Shown in pieces: positions 19,851 to 29,707 of a stretch of DNA of 64,000 nt. A program made the translations under genes and the position numbers. The notes under the pieces were generated by a model. That model worked only from the letters and a program-made list of their open reading frames with translations, searched no databases and was not told the DNA's origin. Positions within the stretch are counted from its first letter, which is position 1. Each line of letters opens with the position of its first letter. Origin of the DNA: an uncultured delta proteobacterium (GTDB lineage: Bacteria > Desulfobacterota > Binatia > UBA9968); NCBI GenBank assembly GCA_963816145.1, contig CAWFJP010000002.1, positions 96,001 through 160,000 of the forward strand, given 5' to 3'.

Positions 19851-21122
19851 GTGTTTTTATATAAGCCCCCATGGGGAGGCTATCTGAAAGATTTTTTTAA
19901 AGTTGAGACGCCGCAGGAGGCGCGCAGAATTCTGCTCGAACTTTCTCCCGTGGGCACGGAAAGTGTGGCCACGGTTCGCGCCAGAAGCCGAGTGTTGGCC
20001 GAAGATCTCTTCTCCCAGGTCGATTTGCCACATTTCCACCGCGCCGCCATGGACGGTTACGCCGTCAAAGCCAAGGACACCTTCGGTGCCAGTCAAAGTT
20101 TACCGGCTTATTTGAAACTCGCGGGCGTTGTAGAGATGGGCAAAGCGGCGACCCAGACGATCAACCAGGGCGAGGCGATCCGCATCTCTACCGGCGGAAT
20201 GATGCCGCCGGAGGCCGACGCGGTGGTGATGGTCGAATACACTGATGAAACCGATCGGGGATTGGTCGAGATTCACCGAAGCGTGGCGCCGTGGCAAAAC
20301 GTCATTCAGATTGGCGATGATATAAAAAAGGGTGAGCCGGTGTTCTTCCAAGGCCGGCGGCTGCGCGGCCATGACTTGGGCGCGCTTACGGGCGTCGGCA
20401 TTTCATCGATTACGGTCCATAGACGCCCGCGCGTCGCGCTTATCTCTACCGGCGACGAGATCGTCGATGCCGATGTCGAGCCGCAGCCCGGACAGGTGCG
20501 CAACATCAACCAGCATTCGCTAGCCGGCATGATCGAAGAGGCGGGCGCGGAACTCAAAGATTGGGGCGTGATCGGCGATGATCGGGCGCAACTCACCGAG
20601 GCAATCGGTGCCGCCTTGGCATGGGCCGACGCGGTGCTTCTTTCCGGCGGCAGCTCCATGGGCGCCAAGGATATCGCCTTGGAAACGATCTTGTCTTTTC
20701 CCGATTCTCAATTCATCTTTCACGGCATTTCAATCGCGCCGGGTAAGCCGACGATATTCGCCAAGGCTTGCGGCAAGCCGATTCTTGGTCTACCCGGTTA
20801 TCCGGTATCCGCCTCTGGTGATCTTTCGATCTTGTTTGGCGCGCCCATGCTGCGCCGTTTGGGCGGCGAAGGTCTCGACGCGCTACAACGCTTTAGCCGA
20901 ACGGTGCGGGCGAAGTTGACGACCAATATCTCGTCGCAACTCGGTCGCGAAGACTATGTCCGAGTCGTCATGAAAGCCGACGGTGCAGGCTTCAAAGCGA
21001 CGCCGTTGCCAAGTAAGTCGGGTGCGATTTTCACTCTGGTCAAAGCCGACGGCATGGTTCGCATCGGCATGAATCAGGATGGTCTCGAACAGGGCGAAGA
21101 GGTAGACGTCATTTTATTTTAG
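19851..21122 (+). CDS. moeA: Molybdopterin molybdotransferase MoeA
   Basis: RVLAED, AAMDGYAV, ISTGG, STGDE, SGGSSMG, PGKP, GLPG; true start may be about 19884. Confidence 0.92.
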   Translation: MFLYKPPWGGYLKDFFKVETPQEARRILLELSPVGTESVATVRARSRVLAEDLFSQVDLPHFHRAAMDGYAVKAKDTFGASQSLPAYLKLAGVVEMGKAATQTINQGEAIRISTGGMMPPEADAVVMVEYTDETDRGLVEIHRSVAPWQNVIQIGDDIKKGEPVFFQGRRLRGHDLGALTGVGISSITVHRRPRVALISTGDEIVDADVEPQPGQVRNINQHSLAGMIEEAGAELKDWGVIGDDRAQLTEAIGAALAWADAVLLSGGSSMGAKDIALETILSFPDSQFIFHGISIAPGKPTIFAKACGKPILGLPGYPVSASGDLSILFGAPMLRRLGGEGLDALQRFSRTVRAKLTTNISSQLGREDYVRVVMKADGAGFKATPLPSKSGAIFTLVKADGMVRIGMNQDGLEQGEEVDVILF

Positions 21123-21133
21123 TTACCGGTATT

Positions 21134-21184
21134 GTGTTTCGAGTTTCGGGCTTTGAACCGAAACCCGCAACCCGCAACTCAAAC
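21134..21184. repeat. Short palindromic element of 7-mer units (GRGTTKC family)
   Basis: GTGTTTC GAGTTTC GGGCTTT ... CCGAAAC CCGCAAC CCGCAAC TCAAAC between the two moeA genes. Confidence 0.65.
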
Positions 21185-21194
21185 CGCGAAGACC

Positions 21195-23126
21195 ATGGCT
21201 CGCAAACGTTACCTCAAGAAAACCCCTCTCAAAGAAGCGCGCGAACTGTTTTTATCGACAGTGAATCCAGCTGCGCTGGCGACCGAAGAGATTCTCATTG
21301 ATGACGCTCTCGATCGCATCACCGCGGAGCCCGTGTTTGCCAAAATTTCTTCGCCGCATTATCACGCCTCGGCGATGGACGGGATTTGTGTGCGCGCCGA
21401 AGATACCTTTGGTGCCACGGAGTTCATCGGCAAAAAACTCACGCTCGTCGACGCAGATGCTCCTGGCAGCGACGCTTTCAAATATCTCGATACCGGCAAC
21501 GCGCTACCGGGCTGGGCCAATGCCGTAATCATGATCGAGAAGGTCCATCAGCTCGATGCCGAAACCGTGGAAATCTTCGAATCGGTGGCACCGTGGAATC
21601 ATGTGCGTCTGGTTGGCGAAGATGTGGTGGCAACCGAGCTACTGCTGCCGCGTGCGCATCGGCTGCGCCCCTACGACATGGGCGCGTTACTGGCAGCCGG
21701 TCATACCACGGTGCGAGTCAAGGCGCGGCCCAGGGTCGGCATCATTCCTACCGGTGATGAACTGATTCAGCCGGGGGACGAACCCACGCCCGGGGCGGTG
21801 ATCGATTTCAATTCGACGGTGCTGGCGGCTTTTGTTCGTGAATGGGGCGGTGCGCCGGTGAAGTATCCGCGCGCTAAAGACGATGAGCATCTGCTGCGTG
21901 CCGCACTGGAACAGGCCGCGGCAGAATGCGATCTGGTGACGATCATCGCCGGCTCATCGGCGGGCGAGCATGATCTTACCTCCGATGTGGTTGCCAACGC
22001 CGGTGAATTACTCGCCCATGGCATCGACGTGATGCCCGGCAAGCCCGCTGTGCTGGGTTCGCTCCGTGGCACACCGGTGCTGGGCGTGCCGGGCTACCCA
22101 GTGTCGGCGATCGTCATTGCCCGCGAGATTCTCCGGCCGGCGCTGGAAAAATTCTTCAGCAACGCGGCGCCGGCATTGCCGTCGGTGCGCGCGGTAGTGC
22201 CAAAAAAGATCGCCTCTCATTTAGGTCTCGAAGAGTTTATTCGCGTCACCTTGGGGCGGGTTGGCGAGAAGCTGGTGGCGGTGCCGTTGGCGCGTGGCGC
22301 CGGCGTGATTACAACCATGGTCCATGCCGACGGTTTGATGCGCATCCCAAGTTTGGTCGAAGGTTTCAACGCCGGCGAAACTGCTGAAGTGGAGCTGTTG
22401 CGGCCGATGGTCGATATCGAGAACACGATTCTATGCACCGGCAGCCACGACTTGGCGATTGGTGTGCTCGAAGACCAACTCAAACTGCGCCATCCGGAAT
22501 TGAAAATTGCTGCGACTAACGTCGGCAGCTTGGGCGGCCTGCTCGCCGTGCAACGCGGCGAGACTCATATCGCCGGCACTCATCTGCTCGATCCCGAATC
22601 CGGTGTCTACAATATTCCCGATATTCAGCGTGCGATTCCCCAAGTTCCGCTGGTCTTGGTGCATCTCGCCCATCGGGAGCAGGGCATTCTGGTCGCCCGT
22701 GGTAATCCGAAAACGATTCGCAGTCTGCAAGATCTTGCGCGCGTCGATATTCGCTTCGTCAATCGTCAGCAGGGTTCCGGCACCCGAGTGTTGTTGGATT
22801 ACCAGCTTAAGCAATTACGCATCGATGGCGCTGCGATCGCCGGTTACGAGCGCGAGGAGTTCACCCACATGGCAGTCGGCGTGGCGGTGGCGAGCGGACT
22901 GGCCGATGCCGGTCTTGGCGTGCGCGCCGCGGCGCAAGCTTTGGCGCTCGACTTTATTCCCATCGCCAGCGAACAATACGATTTGCTCATTGAACGGCGA
23001 TTCTTCGAATCCGCTCGCGGCGAGGAGCTACTCGCGACGATCTGTTGTGACCGTTTCAGAGCCGCAGTGAGCGCTCTGGGCGGCTATGACACGGCGAAAG
23101 CCGGTGCGGTGCTCTACCGCCAGTGA
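21195..23126 (+). CDS. moeA: MoeA fused to a C-terminal PBP (molybdate/tungstate-binding-like) domain
   Basis: SAMDG, DTG, PTGDE, PGKP, then GSHD, GSLGGL, NRQQGSGTR, GYERE. Confidence 0.9.
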   Translation: MARKRYLKKTPLKEARELFLSTVNPAALATEEILIDDALDRITAEPVFAKISSPHYHASAMDGICVRAEDTFGATEFIGKKLTLVDADAPGSDAFKYLDTGNALPGWANAVIMIEKVHQLDAETVEIFESVAPWNHVRLVGEDVVATELLLPRAHRLRPYDMGALLAAGHTTVRVKARPRVGIIPTGDELIQPGDEPTPGAVIDFNSTVLAAFVREWGGAPVKYPRAKDDEHLLRAALEQAAAECDLVTIIAGSSAGEHDLTSDVVANAGELLAHGIDVMPGKPAVLGSLRGTPVLGVPGYPVSAIVIAREILRPALEKFFSNAAPALPSVRAVVPKKIASHLGLEEFIRVTLGRVGEKLVAVPLARGAGVITTMVHADGLMRIPSLVEGFNAGETAEVELLRPMVDIENTILCTGSHDLAIGVLEDQLKLRHPELKIAATNVGSLGGLLAVQRGETHIAGTHLLDPESGVYNIPDIQRAIPQVPLVLVHLAHREQGILVARGNPKTIRSLQDLARVDIRFVNRQQGSGTRVLLDYQLKQLRIDGAAIAGYEREEFTHMAVGVAVASGLADAGLGVRAAAQALALDFIPIASEQYDLLIERRFFESARGEELLATICCDRFRAAVSALGGYDTAKAGAVLYRQ

Positions 23127-23397
23127 AACCCCGTCATTTGTTTTAGCTGCCAATTCTTCACCTGGTACGGGTCGCCCGACTCCTTGATTGCGGCGCACCA
23201 ATCCTTCCACGACGGCATTTCTAGGCATTCAAGTGGGTGATGCTTGAATCGGCCACTGTGAGCCGATTTGTCAGGTCAAGCGTCCGGTAATGGACCTCGC
23301 AGTATCGATTTGTTCAAATTTGTTTCCAGGGACCTCAAATCGCACCATCGACCCGCGACAAAAGTATTAAATTACAACGGGTTAGGTTTTGGCTCGA

Positions 23398-23412
23398 TGG
23401 CATTACCATTGC
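23398..23412 (+). promoter_or_regulatory. Putative sigma-54 -24/-12 promoter
   Basis: TGGCAT-TACCA-TTGC gives GG-N10-GC; ATG of the HTH gene follows at 23436; AT-rich IHF-like sequence upstream. Confidence 0.6.
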
Positions 23413-23435
23413 GTTTACTGGTGAGCGCGAAAACT

Positions 23436-23633
23436 ATGGAAAGAACTAACGAATCCCTCCAGCTTTTGACCCTCACTGAGGCGGCTCAGTTACTCCATGT
23501 CTCAACCAAGACTTTGCAGCGAATGATTCGCAGCGGCGATCTGCCAGCGCTTAAAGTCGGCGGCCAGTGGCGCCTCCGTGAAAGCCAGCTGATTAGTTGG
23601 ATCCAAAGCCGCGAAGGTCAGTCACAGTCTTGA
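23436..23633 (+). CDS. Excisionase-like HTH_17 DNA-binding protein
   Basis: LLTLTEAAQLLHVSTKTLQRMIRSGDLPALKVGGQWR. Confidence 0.85.
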   Translation: MERTNESLQLLTLTEAAQLLHVSTKTLQRMIRSGDLPALKVGGQWRLRESQLISWIQSREGQSQS

Positions 23634-23719
23634 CCCACGAAGGCGGTTAAGCAGCAGATCATCGTCTCCCAAATGGAAGTGGGCGACTAGCAAACCAATC
23701 TGACACCGGGACGAAAAAG

Positions 23720-26347
23720 TTGGTGCAACTTCAAATCGAAAAAATCGCTCAATTGGCAACCGGGACGTTTTTGCGCCAGTTGCGGCGGCGCCTGTTGCTG
23801 ATGATCTCGATCGCTGTGGTGCCGATCGTTGCGGTCGTCTTGTATCAGGCGAAGTTGCGCCGCGATGTGCAGATATTGGAAGTCCATGAGGCGGCGTGGC
23901 GCCTCACCAACGTGATCGCTCAGCGCCAGTCGCAGCTAGTCGCATCGGTGAAGCAGCTGCTGGGCTTGCTGGCGCAGTTGCCGGAGATCGGCAAGGGGGA
24001 CTCGTCGGCGTGCGGCGAGCTCTTGCGTGGGCTGTTAGCCAGAAAACCAGCCTATTTCGATGTCGGCCTGGTGGACGCGACGGGCAGTCCAGGTTGCCGC
24101 GCACGCGACTCCGGCCCCGCAATTGATCTGGTGCACGATCCTCTGCTGCGGCGAGTCTTCGAAACTAAAGACTTTGTCATCGGCGATTTTCAGCTGCTCG
24201 GCAATTGGCAGCGCCGGGCGCTCATGTTTGGATATCCGATTCTAGATCAGTCAGGCGCGGTTCGGGACATTCTCTTTGCGGCGCTGGATGTGAAATGGAT
24301 CGATCAGCTCGCCGCCGAGACTCACCTGCCTGCCGGCATGGCGCTGACCATCCTCGATGGTAATGGTACGATTCTGACGCGAGTTCCCGATCAAGCGGAG
24401 TGGACCGGCAAGCATATGCCCGATGCGCCGCTCTTAGAATTGACCCAGCTGCGCAATCAACCCACGAAAGAAATCGATGGGCTGGACGGGATCACAAGGC
24501 TCTATGCATTCAATACCGTTGGTGCCGGGCGCGGGCGCGGGCAGCTCCATGTCATCGTCGGTGTGCCTAGGACGGTCGCTTACCGTGAAGCCGACCATGC
24601 GCTGCTATGGAGTTTGATTTGGATCGCCATGCTTACCGCGATCGCCAGTGGGGTCGCTTGGGTCGTCGGTAGCAAATCGGTTGTCGAGTACGTCAAAAAA
24701 CGCGCCGACGCCGAAGATGCTCGCGGCCGGTTAGCCGCCATCGTCGATTCTTCGGAAGATGGCATTATCGGCATGTCTCTCGACGGGGAGATTATCACCT
24801 GGAACGACGGCGCCGAACAAATGTATGGCTACGATGCCGCAACCATCCTCGGGCAAAACATCGCGGTACTGACGCCGCCCGAGCATCGCGGCGAGATTCT
24901 CGAGCTGATGCAGATCGTGCGCTTGGGCAAGGGCATCAATCGCTACGAAAGTGAACGGATCTGCAAGGATGGCCGACGCATAGCCGTTTCCGCGTCGCTT
25001 TCGCCGATTCGTGATTCCCTCGGAAAGATCCGCGGTGCGGCGACGATTACCCGGGACATTACGCTGCTGCGCAAGGGTGAGGAGCAGATGCGCTCTCACG
25101 CCAACCAGCTGGAAGCACTTCAATCGATCGCTCAAGGAACCGCACAAACGCTTTCGCTGGCTGAAATGGTGCCGCAGTCTCTTGAGAAGCTTGTCGCACT
25201 GGTGCCATGCGATTATGCGATTACCTATTTCATCGGCGCCGATGGCGCGGTCAATGCCTTCTCGGCGGATAGTGAGGCCGTAGCCAAATCCCCGCACAGC
25301 CGTTTGGTTGATGACATAGCCCAGGCCGTCACTCAATGTACCGGCGAGTGGTTCGTCGACGATGTGAGGTTGGTGCCGGAACTTACGGCATTGTCGACGC
25401 AGCATGGTGTCAGATCGATGGCGGTCGTACCGATGACGCGCAAGGATCGATGCCGGACCACCTTGGTTTTACTGTACAATACATCGCGCTCGTTCGCAGT
25501 GGGCGAAACTCAGTTTATCAAGGCGCTGGCGCGGACCATTGCGCTTGGGGTGGAGAACGGCCAACTCTATGAGTCCTCGCTCAGTCTGATCGATGCATTG
25601 GCAGGCCAAATCGACGAGCGTACAAGGGCGGAAAAGCAGTTGGCAGATTTCACTGCCATGGTGGTTCACGACCTGCGTTCGCCGCTTTCCAACATCGTCT
25701 CGATGGCCGAGTCGGTCAAGGAAGGGTTGTTCGGCGCAGTCAACGATTTGCAGCGCAATTGGTTGGGAAAGATCGAAACCAATTGCCGCAGCCTCGTCGA
25801 TCAGGTGAGCGACTTTTTGGACTTCTCGCGGATCGATGCCGGCAAGCTGATACTCAAAGGCGGACGGGCAAATATTGGCTGGCAAATCCGAGAGATTGTC
25901 GCGGAACACTCCATCGAAGCCGAGAAACGCAACATTCGATTGACGGCAAAAATTGACGAGCAACTGCCCGTGCTCTGGGCCGATTCCCGCCGGATTGGAC
26001 AAGTGCTGACCAATTTTCTGAGCAATGCTTTAAAGTTTACCGACGACGGCGGCATGATCGAGGTGTCGGCGTGGCAGGGCGAGGGCTCGGTTGTGGTTTC
26101 TGTGCGCGATTCTGGCCTCGGCATCGCCGCCGAGGAGCAGAAACATATTTTCCAAATGTATAGCCAGGTGTCGAGCAGTGAAAAAAGCCCAAAGCGCGGC
26201 ACCGGGATCGGGCTGGTGATTTGCAAGAAGATTATCGAAGCCCATGGCGGACGTATCTGGGTCGAAAGCGGGCTGGGGCAGGGCAGCAGTTTTTACTTTT
26301 CGTTGCCGGCGCAGGCCGACACCGAAGAATGGCTTACACCGGCATGA
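23720..26347 (+). CDS. Sensor histidine kinase (Cache-PAS-GAF-HisKA-HATPase)
   Basis: TM-Cache-TM, IVDSSEDGII...WNDGAE, HDLRSPL, NFLSNALKFT, DSGLG, GTGIGL. Confidence 0.92.
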   Translation: MVQLQIEKIAQLATGTFLRQLRRRLLLMISIAVVPIVAVVLYQAKLRRDVQILEVHEAAWRLTNVIAQRQSQLVASVKQLLGLLAQLPEIGKGDSSACGELLRGLLARKPAYFDVGLVDATGSPGCRARDSGPAIDLVHDPLLRRVFETKDFVIGDFQLLGNWQRRALMFGYPILDQSGAVRDILFAALDVKWIDQLAAETHLPAGMALTILDGNGTILTRVPDQAEWTGKHMPDAPLLELTQLRNQPTKEIDGLDGITRLYAFNTVGAGRGRGQLHVIVGVPRTVAYREADHALLWSLIWIAMLTAIASGVAWVVGSKSVVEYVKKRADAEDARGRLAAIVDSSEDGIIGMSLDGEIITWNDGAEQMYGYDAATILGQNIAVLTPPEHRGEILELMQIVRLGKGINRYESERICKDGRRIAVSASLSPIRDSLGKIRGAATITRDITLLRKGEEQMRSHANQLEALQSIAQGTAQTLSLAEMVPQSLEKLVALVPCDYAITYFIGADGAVNAFSADSEAVAKSPHSRLVDDIAQAVTQCTGEWFVDDVRLVPELTALSTQHGVRSMAVVPMTRKDRCRTTLVLLYNTSRSFAVGETQFIKALARTIALGVENGQLYESSLSLIDALAGQIDERTRAEKQLADFTAMVVHDLRSPLSNIVSMAESVKEGLFGAVNDLQRNWLGKIETNCRSLVDQVSDFLDFSRIDAGKLILKGGRANIGWQIREIVAEHSIEAEKRNIRLTAKIDEQLPVLWADSRRIGQVLTNFLSNALKFTDDGGMIEVSAWQGEGSVVVSVRDSGLGIAAEEQKHIFQMYSQVSSSEKSPKRGTGIGLVICKKIIEAHGGRIWVESGLGQGSSFYFSLPAQADTEEWLTPA

Positions 26348-27887
26348 GACCGTGTTTTTTGCGCGGCCGATCTTCTTTCTTATTCGTCAAGATTTCCAAG
26401 GATTGAATCAGCCGCTTGCGGGTCTCTGCCGGCCGGATCGCGGCTTGCGCGAATTGCTTGGAGAGAGCTTCGAAGGGACCGCTGAAGCGTTCGAGATATT
26501 CCGCGAGTTTTTCTGCGCGGGTTTTTGCCGGATCGGCCGATTGGTCGATCTCCTTCTTGTAGAGCACGTTCACCGCGCCGCCGCCACCCATCACCGCGAG
26601 TTCGACTCCCGGCCAAACGAACAATTGATCGGCGCCCATCTCGCGGGTGCACAGCGCCTGTTTGGCCCCGCCGTAGCCTTTTCTCAGCACGATGGTGATT
26701 TTCGGCACGGTCGCTTCGGCGTAGGCGTAAAGCATCTTGGCGCCGTGGCGGATAATGCCTTTTTCTTCCTGCTGCTTGCCGGGGAAGAAGCCAGGTACGT
26801 CCATCAGGGTAATGATCGGCACGTTAAAAGCATCGCAGAAACGAATAAAGCGCGCCGCTTTATCGGAAGCGTCGACGTCCAAGCTACCGGCAAGAAACAT
26901 TGGCTGATTGGCGACGAAGCCTACCGCATAGCCGTTGAGCCGGCCGAAGCCGATGACGAGATTGCGCGCGAACTTGGCTTTCAATTCGAAAAAATCGCCG
27001 TCGTCGACAATCGCTTTGATCACCTGGACGATGTTGTAGGCGCGTTTCATGTCCTCCGGCACAACTTTTTCTAAATTGTCGAGGCTACGTCCAGGGTCGT
27101 CGGTGGTTTCTTTGCGCGGCGCTTTCTCCTCGAAATTGGCCGGTAAGAAACCGACCAGCCGGCGAATCATCGCCAGACATTCTTCGTCGTTTTTCGTCAC
27201 CAAGTCAGTCACGCCGGATACTTCCGAATGAATCTTGGCGCCGCCCAACTCTTCCATGGTGACGGTCTCGCCCAGGACTTCTTTGATCACCGCCGGGCCG
27301 GTGATGAACATTTGGCCGGAGTTTTGTACCTGGAAAATGACGTCGGTCAGCGCCGGCGAATAGGAGCCGACGCCGATGCAGGGTCCCATGATCGCGGAGA
27401 TCTGGGGGATGCAGCCGGAGGCGATACTGTTCTCAAAAAATATCTTGCCGATGGCGGAGGTGACGCTGAGCCCTTCCTGGATTCGCGCGCCGGCCGAATC
27501 GTTGAGACCGATCACTGGCACCCCCAGTTTGCGCGCGGTCTGGATAACGTAAGCGATTTTCTCCGCGTGGGCCGCGCCTACGCTGCCGGCCAGTATCGAG
27601 CGGTCTTGGGAGTAAACATAAACCGGCCGGCCGTCGATTTTACCAAAACCAGTGACGACACCGTCGGAGGGTTGTTTGCGCTCGCCCATACCGAAGTCCA
27701 AGCAGGGCGTCTCCGCCAGCATGAATTCTTCGACGAAGGTGCCGGGGTCTAAAAGTTTGTCGACGCGCTCACGAGCCGTCAGATTGCCTTGGTCGTGCAG
27801 CTTCGCAGTAGTCTTCGGATCGCCCGCAGCGACCTTCTGTTCCAGGCCGGCGAGTTTTTTTTCTAGATCTTCTCTCGACTTTGACAT
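26334..27887 (-). CDS. mmdA: Acyl-CoA carboxyltransferase (methylmalonyl-CoA decarboxylase alpha-like)
   Basis: TARERV, DGVVTG, DSAGARIQEG, MFITGP, RFCDAFN, DVPGF, RKKHG. Confidence 0.85.
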   Translation of the reverse strand: MSKSREDLEKKLAGLEQKVAAGDPKTTAKLHDQGNLTARERVDKLLDPGTFVEEFMLAETPCLDFGMGERKQPSDGVVTGFGKIDGRPVYVYSQDRSILAGSVGAAHAEKIAYVIQTARKLGVPVIGLNDSAGARIQEGLSVTSAIGKIFFENSIASGCIPQISAIMGPCIGVGSYSPALTDVIFQVQNSGQMFITGPAVIKEVLGETVTMEELGGAKIHSEVSGVTDLVTKNDEECLAMIRRLVGFLPANFEEKAPRKETTDDPGRSLDNLEKVVPEDMKRAYNIVQVIKAIVDDGDFFELKAKFARNLVIGFGRLNGYAVGFVANQPMFLAGSLDVDASDKAARFIRFCDAFNVPIITLMDVPGFFPGKQQEEKGIIRHGAKMLYAYAEATVPKITIVLRKGYGGAKQALCTREMGADQLFVWPGVELAVMGGGGAVNVLYKKEIDQSADPAKTRAEKLAEYLERFSGPFEALSKQFAQAAIRPAETRKRLIQSLEILTNKKEDRPRKKHGLMPV

Positions 27888-27900
27888 GGGCGCCGCCTAA

Positions 27901-29049
27901 TCATCCACCGACTATTCCCATTCCCTGCAGCACCGAAAGCATAACTGCCGCGGCGATCACCGAGCCGATCTGGCCGCCGGCGTTGGCGCTCATGGCGTGC
28001 ATCAGCAGATAACTCTTTTTATTGTATTTCTGTCCTTCGGCTTGGACCACGCGGGCGGACATGGGAAACGCCGAAATACCCGCGGCGCCGATCAGCGGGT
28101 TGATCTTGCCGCCGGTGAGAAAGCACATCAATTTGCCAAACAGTACGCCCACCGCGGTATCGAGGCTGATGGCGATGAAACCGAGCATCAGGACCAGGAG
28201 CGTCTGCGCCTTTAAGAACTTGTCAGCTTCCATGGTGGCGCCGATACATAGTCCAAGTAGCAGCGTGACGATGTTGGTGAGTTCGTTCTCAGCGCAGTTT
28301 TTGAGACGATCGACGCAGCCGCTTTCTCGAAACAGATTGCCGAGCATGATCGTGGCGATTAGCGGCGCGCCTTTGGGCGCCAAGATTGAAGCAAAGATGG
28401 TGACCACGATCGGGAAGGTGATTTTGGCGGTTTTCGAAATCGGCGCGGATTTGGCCGCGCTCATGATGATTTGTTTTTCCTTGTCGGTAGTGAGAGCGCG
28501 CATGATCGGTGGTTGAATCAGCGGCACCAACGACATGTAAGAATACGCCGCTACCGACACGGCTCCGAGCATGTGCGGCGCGAATTTGGAGCTCACATAG
28601 ATCGCCGTCGGGCCGTCGCAGGCGCCGATAACCGCCACGGCGATGGCGTCGAGCTTGTCGAAGCCCAACGCAAGCGCGAGCAGGAGGGTGAGGAAGATGC
28701 CAAACTGGCCAGCGGCGCCGAGCAGAATGATTTTGGGATTCTGCAACAACGGTTGAAAATCGGTCATGGCGCCGATGCCGATGAAAATCAGCAGCGGAAA
28801 TACTTCTGTGAGCACGCCGGCGTCGTAGAAATAACGCAGGAAGCCGTCCTTGCCCATCATGTCGGCCAAAGGGATGTTGACCATAATCGCGCCGAAGCCG
28901 ATGGGCACCAGTAATAAGGGCTCGTAGCCTTTGACTATGCCGAGATAGAGGAGCCCGCAGGCGACCGCGATCATGAATGCTTGGCCAAGGGTGAGACTAA
29001 CAATGCCGGCAACCAGGCCCTGCAGGCCGGTAATTAACGCTGCTTCCAT
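27901..29049 (-). CDS. mmdB: Na+-translocating decarboxylase beta subunit
   Basis: YEPLLLVPIGFG, GAMTDF, GACDGPT, AAYSYMSLVPLIQPP, NPLIGAAGISAFP. Confidence 0.93.
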   Translation of the reverse strand: MEAALITGLQGLVAGIVSLTLGQAFMIAVACGLLYLGIVKGYEPLLLVPIGFGAIMVNIPLADMMGKDGFLRYFYDAGVLTEVFPLLIFIGIGAMTDFQPLLQNPKIILLGAAGQFGIFLTLLLALALGFDKLDAIAVAVIGACDGPTAIYVSSKFAPHMLGAVSVAAYSYMSLVPLIQPPIMRALTTDKEKQIIMSAAKSAPISKTAKITFPIVVTIFASILAPKGAPLIATIMLGNLFRESGCVDRLKNCAENELTNIVTLLLGLCIGATMEADKFLKAQTLLVLMLGFIAISLDTAVGVLFGKLMCFLTGGKINPLIGAAGISAFPMSARVVQAEGQKYNKKSYLLMHAMSANAGGQIGSVIAAAVMLSVLQGMGIVGG

Positions 29050-29083
29050 GTGGGATGGTTAACCTTTCTAAGTCTCTAAGGCG

Positions 29084-29212
29084 CTATTTCTCGGGCTGGA
29101 AGGGAAAGACTTTCTTGATCAATAAAATCAGTAGGCTCAGGATCCACAGGACGAACATAGTGCCGCCCATGCCGATCACAGCCACAGTCCAGCCGAACGT
29201 CCAGGTATCCAT
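29084..29212 (-). CDS. OadG/MmdD-like small membrane subunit (42 aa, not in ORF track)
   Basis: Manual translation MDTWTFGWTVAVIGMGGTMFVLWILSLLILLIKKVFPFQPEK; SD AAGGAG; lies between biotin carrier and beta subunit. Confidence 0.8.
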   Translation of the reverse strand: MDTWTFGWTVAVIGMGGTMFVLWILSLLILLIKKVFPFQPEK

Positions 29213-29261
29213 GCAGACTCCTTAAACGAAAAAAACAGTGGTGAAGAACCGGTTTACGAGG

Positions 29262-29477
29262 TTATTCGATGACGGCGAGAACTTGCTCGGCTTCGACCGC
29301 TTGGCCGGGGGAAACCTTGACTTCTTTGAGCACCCCGCCGGCCGGAGCCACGACGGGAATTTCCATCTTCATAGCTTCCATGACGATGACCACATCGTCT
29401 TCTTCGACCCGGTCGCCAACTTGTTTTTCGATTTTTAGAATTTTACCCACCATGGGTGCTTCAATCGTCGTTGCCAA
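29262..29477 (-). CDS. Biotin carboxyl carrier protein
   Basis: APMVG ... EAMKM biotinylation motif. Confidence 0.9.
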   Translation of the reverse strand: MATTIEAPMVGKILKIEKQVGDRVEEDDVVIVMEAMKMEIPVVAPAGGVLKEVKVSPGQAVEAEQVLAVIE

Positions 29478-29707
29478 GCGAGCTCTCCTTTTTTTCCGTA
29501 CGCAGTCTTTAGCCGGCGCCAGGGCGCACCGACCGTAGCCGCCATTTAGTAGAGTTTGCCCTTCAAAGTCAATGCTATAAACCGCTTCATCGACGAGTTG
29601 CGAAAGGTTTGCCGTGATCTTGGCGTGAGCGGTGGCGCGGCGCGAGTCACCTTGCTTTCGCCATATCGATACGATATTAAATCGACAAGTTTTTGCGGAG
29701 GGAATTT

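Noticed and set aside
23436-23633. Prophage/ICE excisionase
   Set aside because: No integrase, att-like repeats or phage genes; stand-alone HTH_17 proteins are common.
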